From positions 1 to 26,041 of the forward strand of contig JAQGDQ010001772.1 in the NCBI GenBank assembly GCA_030141605.1: 26,041 bases of DNA, read 5' to 3'. The position numbers and the translations under genes are program-made. Shown piece by piece: positions 22,443-26,041 of the stretch. The notes beneath the pieces were generated by a model. It had not been told where the DNA came from. It made no database searches and saw only the letters and a program-made list of their open reading frames with translations. Positions within the stretch are counted from its first letter, which is position 1, and each line of letters opens with the position of its first letter. Origin of the DNA: Tubiluchus corallicola (Eukaryota; Animalia; Priapulida).

Positions 22443-22730
22443 TTGGCAGTTCTAACAGATTGGCATACCGATAATCTGGTGAAATGATACTTTGGCAGTA
22501 CGCCGCACTGGCGAAATGTGCAACTGTCTATATGTGTGATGCACAATTTCTAATATACAGTACTGAAATCAGAGTGACAAAACGATAGATTAGAAAACGA
22601 CACACTGTCCAATTGATATACAGGTAATATGGTAGACTGGCGAAACACTACACTGGAGAAGTTACAGTAAAATAACAAAAAAAGTTGGCAAAATGACAGA
22701 CTGGCTAGCATTGGCAGAGCGATATACAAC
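22443..22730 (+). repeat. Degenerate 16-bp minisatellite (YTGGCRAAAT core), ~17 units
   Basis: TGG cores at 22461, 22477, 22493, 22509 and at 22638, 22654, 22686, 22702, each series in 16-bp phase. Confidence 0.75.
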
Positions 22731-22799
22731 TGTTACTACCTTGGTTTGAGAACAACTTCCATATCTCAACACTCCTGTATTTTATAGCTACAAAAGTTA

Positions 22800-23097
22800 A
22801 GTAGCCAATGCAGCAATCGTCTGCTAAGATATTTGTGTTTCTCAGCTGCACTGCAATATTTTAGAATATCTTAGCACGCCGCATCTAAAGTCTGGGACCT
22901 GACTAAATGAGATGTCTGGGAGCTGATTAAAGTCTGACTAAATGTCAAAAGTAACATATCTGAGATGATTCACTGCATGTTGGTCCTCTACGATATAAAT
23001 AGTCTAGGTTTATGAATATAAATTCATTGTAAGGGAGTCGAACCCACACAACTCAGCATGAAGTACCTAAACTCCATCACTGGATCACAGTCTCACC
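22800..23097 (-). mobile_element. tRNA-derived SINE-like element (left boundary uncertain)
   Basis: Minus strand reads GGTGAGACTGTGATCCAGTGATGG (A-box-like) ... GTGGGTTCGACTCCC (perfect B box, 23034-23044). It does not form a complete cloverleaf. Confidence 0.6.
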
Positions 23098-24084
23098 ACA
23101 GAGAGATACCTGATGAATCAGTATCAATGCCAAGGCATGATCAATAAATGAGTTGATAAAATTTTGTCAGGACAGCAAACGTTGTTGCCACTCAACTACT
23201 CAGAAACTTGAGGAGGCTGTGCCACTGTTTGCCCCGTGTGAACATTGTACCACCGATCCTACTATATAGTTTATTATCTCATATGCACATCTATTTGCTG
23301 CAGCTTGTCATTCCACTTCTCTTTGACTGTAGATGCCATTTCCTCTCATTCCGTTTTCAGATTTTCAGCAATTTCTTTTCTTTTTCAGTTATAAAATGTC
23401 ATCGGGATCTCCATTTGTTGTTTTCTTAGTCGTCATCCCTGTGATTAAATTATGTATTCTCTCATAGTGCTTCTAAAATATTGACTTTTCTCAAATCTTC
23501 TAAGGGGACGCGAAACAAAGAAGAGCATTAAATTTTTTGAACTTAATCTAAACTTGCATCCTTAGTTCATTTCTTCTCGTGTTGCATTTGCTCTAAGAAA
23601 CTATTTTTAAAACATGTGAATATTTATTTCCTTTAAAAATGAGACTGTAAAACTGAAATGTATAAAATTTTCTGTCCAAATTTCTAACCAACTTCCTCAA
23701 TTCTGCACCAAACTCCTTTTTTAAGTATCCCGTGTTCTTATCTTCACGTCTGTCAAACCTGGAAAACACATTAATTATTCAACAAAGCCAAAAACATCAA
23801 CTGGGCTATTCGTACTGTTAGAACAAAGAGTCTTTTTTCATTTAATTAGCAGAACTGTTAATCACTTGTTTCTTCGCAGTTTTTTCAATCAGTCCTGTTC
23901 TTCTTTTTCCTCTTTGTTTTATTTCATTTTTACATGACAAGTCAAGATCGTGTCACTGTAGCTGCAACCCTGTCATTACAAGCAGTACAGTAGTCTCTAT
24001 ATGTGTAAATCTGCTATCCCTTACTTATTACGTGACAAGATTCGTGACCTTTAAAAAAGCTGTTTTGAATTTTTCCAGTCTGAG

Positions 24085-24254
24085 CTTACATTGAGTAATA
24101 TTGTCTAAAGTATTAAAAGCTCTGGTGCCGATTAATAATGCGGCCATTCTAACCACTGACCATTGAAAAACTTAAAGAACTTGTTTTTATCAATGAATCT
24201 ATAAAACACCTTAAAGATGACCCTAGATTGACAACAATTTGCATACTGTAATAG
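24085..24254 (+). pseudogene. hAT transposase C-terminal dimerisation-domain remnant
   Basis: Across frameshifts: TLSNI / LKY / SSGA / LIMRP / LTIEKLKELVFIN. This fits the recalled hAT pattern P.LS..A..YL..PASS...ER.FS..G.IMRP.R..L....L..LVF, with the ER.FS part deleted. Confidence 0.5.
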
Positions 24255-24339
24255 ATAAACTCATGCGGTTGCAGCAATTAAAATTCAACTACCACGTCAA
24301 CTTATTGCCTTTAGTCAGATATCATTCGTCTTCTGATGT

Positions 24340-24810
24340 AAGTGTCATAAGTCGTGACATAAGTTGTCAAACATAGGCAAGCAAGTCGTGGGAATTTTGT
24401 GCCACATTGTCGCGATTTTCCCACGAGAAAAAAGTTCGAAATTCGTAGAAAAGTGGTAAAAGTTGCGCAGATTATTCAGAACTTCACACGATGATTAGAG
24501 ACCAGCACGACAAAGCCGGGTAGTGAGAAAATTTTCCATGGTCATAAAAAAGTGGAGGCACCGTGAAACCCTGGGTGAAAATGTCTCCAAATTGTTAAAA
24601 ATTAGTGCACAGTATTCTTAGAAAGCGTCCCACAATGTTCTCCAAGTAGGTCTCGATATTGTCGACGGATGCAACAAATAACTGACGACATATTTGTTCA
24701 TGGTTGGCAAATGTTCAGTAAACAGTGCGACACTTTAGAGAAGGTTTTGGGAGAGCGCGAGTTTTGCAGCTTTGGCGACAAACTTCGGCGATGACCGAGG
24801 CAGGTTATCG
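24340..24810. mobile_element. Possible decayed MITE / non-autonomous DNA transposon
   Basis: CpG-rich non-coding island with recurring GTCGTG/TGTCGC words on the left and GCGACA/CACGAC words on the right. Termini are not resolved. Confidence 0.3.
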
Positions 24811-25030
24811 CTGACTGACTACAATGTTGTGAAAACACACCACCACAAATACATATCTTGGTCCTATCATTCCGGAATGTGCAGAGATAAGTTCAGTTGT
24901 TACAGAGTATGTTGAGGAAAAATCTTGAGATCTGTAAATTCCATGAGTTTATAAGTAAGAAAAAAGACTTCCCCTCCTGGATGAAGAAAAAACTTTTGGA
25001 TAGCTCACTAACAGCGTATGTTTTTTATAG

Positions 25031-25227
25031 CTGGAACAAAGAAACGCGAACACAGCGACCTATTGACGACTACGACGAACACCAGCAGATGGCTTGCGGC
25101 TATTTCAGGATCAAATGGAGCATATTTGCAGTACATTTGGACTTGGACAATCTTGGATACCATGATACCCTGGCTTAGCATATTTGGTGTATATGGACTT
25201 ATTGTCTACGAGTTTGGCAATAACTAG
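25031..25227 (+). CDS. Terminal coding exon of an unidentified gene; Thr-rich stalk plus hydrophobic tail (GPI-signal or C-terminal TM-like)
   Basis: Branch point CACTAAC (25006-25012), TTTTTTATAG acceptor ending at 25030, open frame GTKKREHSDLLTTTTNTSRWLAAISGSNGAYLQYIWTWTILDTMIPWLSIFGVYGLIVYEFGNN*, and AATAAA at 25654. Confidence 0.6.
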
Positions 25228-25830
25228 GGCTGTGGTATATTTTCTTAAGGAGAAAGGGCAAAAAAGGACTTACGGGTAAATTTTGTTGTTACATATAAAT
25301 TTTATTTTTATTCTGTAGCTTTTCAAATATCTTGAAAATAGGTGACAAATATAAGATTGGTCTGGTCCGGAAATTAGTAGGTTTGTCAACAGAATGGCCA
25401 TCGTAATTGATAGCTATCTTAAACAATTAGGAGGGGTATCATTAATAGTTTAGTAAAAATAAGTTAGGGCAGAGGAGATAATGAGACTAGTTATACTTTC
25501 ACAAGCTTTATTATGACTTAAATCAGTTATCATTCGCTTAGCTTCAAAGATGTGAAGGACATCCTAGCATCCAAGAAAATATTTAAGTGTCACTGTATTT
25601 TCGTTGCCATGTCAGGCCCAATGGGGCTTGTTACAGTTCAGTTCAGGTCGTCAAATAAAACGCCAGTATTCTACTAGCAAGTGACTAGACAGTAAGATTA
25701 CATAACATTTTAAAACCTTTCACTGAAAAAAATTTAAAATAAGAAAAACAGAAATGATAAAAAATCAGGAATGAAAATGCATGTTTAAAATAGTGTCACA
25801 TTAAGCAGACATTAAAACTAAGTGGCCTTT

Positions 25831-25896
25831 AGAGAGAGAGGAGAGAGGAGAGAGGAGAGAGGAGAGAGGAGAGAGGAGAGAGGAGAGAGGAGAGAG

Positions 25897-25982
<86 letters not shown>

Positions 25983-26033
25983 CAGAGGGGAGAGAGAAAG
26001 AGAGCGAGAGACAGAGAGAGAGGGAGGGGGAGA
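25831..26033. repeat. Polypurine (GAGAG)n/(GA)n microsatellite
   Basis: Read directly from the sequence. Confidence 0.98.
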
Positions 26034-26041
26034 AAGCTACA

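Noticed and set aside
22443-22730. CRISPR-like array
   Set aside because: Eukaryotic context; 16-bp degenerate units without a distinct repeat-spacer structure; no cas genes.
23033-23097. Functional tRNA gene
   Set aside because: The B box is present but the acceptor and anticodon stems do not pair; treated as a SINE head.
24897-25178. 93-aa ORF
   Set aside because: Crosses the branch point and acceptor; the alternative frame ending at 25227 has a more coherent protein signature.

Overview
AT-rich, repeat-dominated eukaryotic DNA, most likely from an invertebrate animal (inferred from spliceosomal signals and TE content). No intact protein-coding gene is visible. Left to right: (1) ~2.75 tandem copies of a ~1,287-bp unit (1-~3540) that carries the decayed 5' end of a PIF/Harbinger transposase (+) and, pointing the other way, a probable MADF/Myb partner-gene start (-); (2) a decayed BEL/Pao LTR retrotransposon lacking its 5' LTR (~3541-9544) with a clear 3' LTR; (3) the 3' half of a CR1/L2/Crack-type LINE abutting that LTR; (4) a mosaic of non-autonomous element fragments, SINE-like elements, micro/minisatellites and a hAT transposase remnant. 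Within the mosaic are three diverged copies (one inverted) of a ~180-bp non-coding module with rigid motif spacing, a CCAAT/GC-box/TATA promoter at ~19.2-19.4 kb, and a convincing terminal coding exon (25031-25227) that looks like a GPI-anchor or membrane tail. All calls were made by eye, without database searches.
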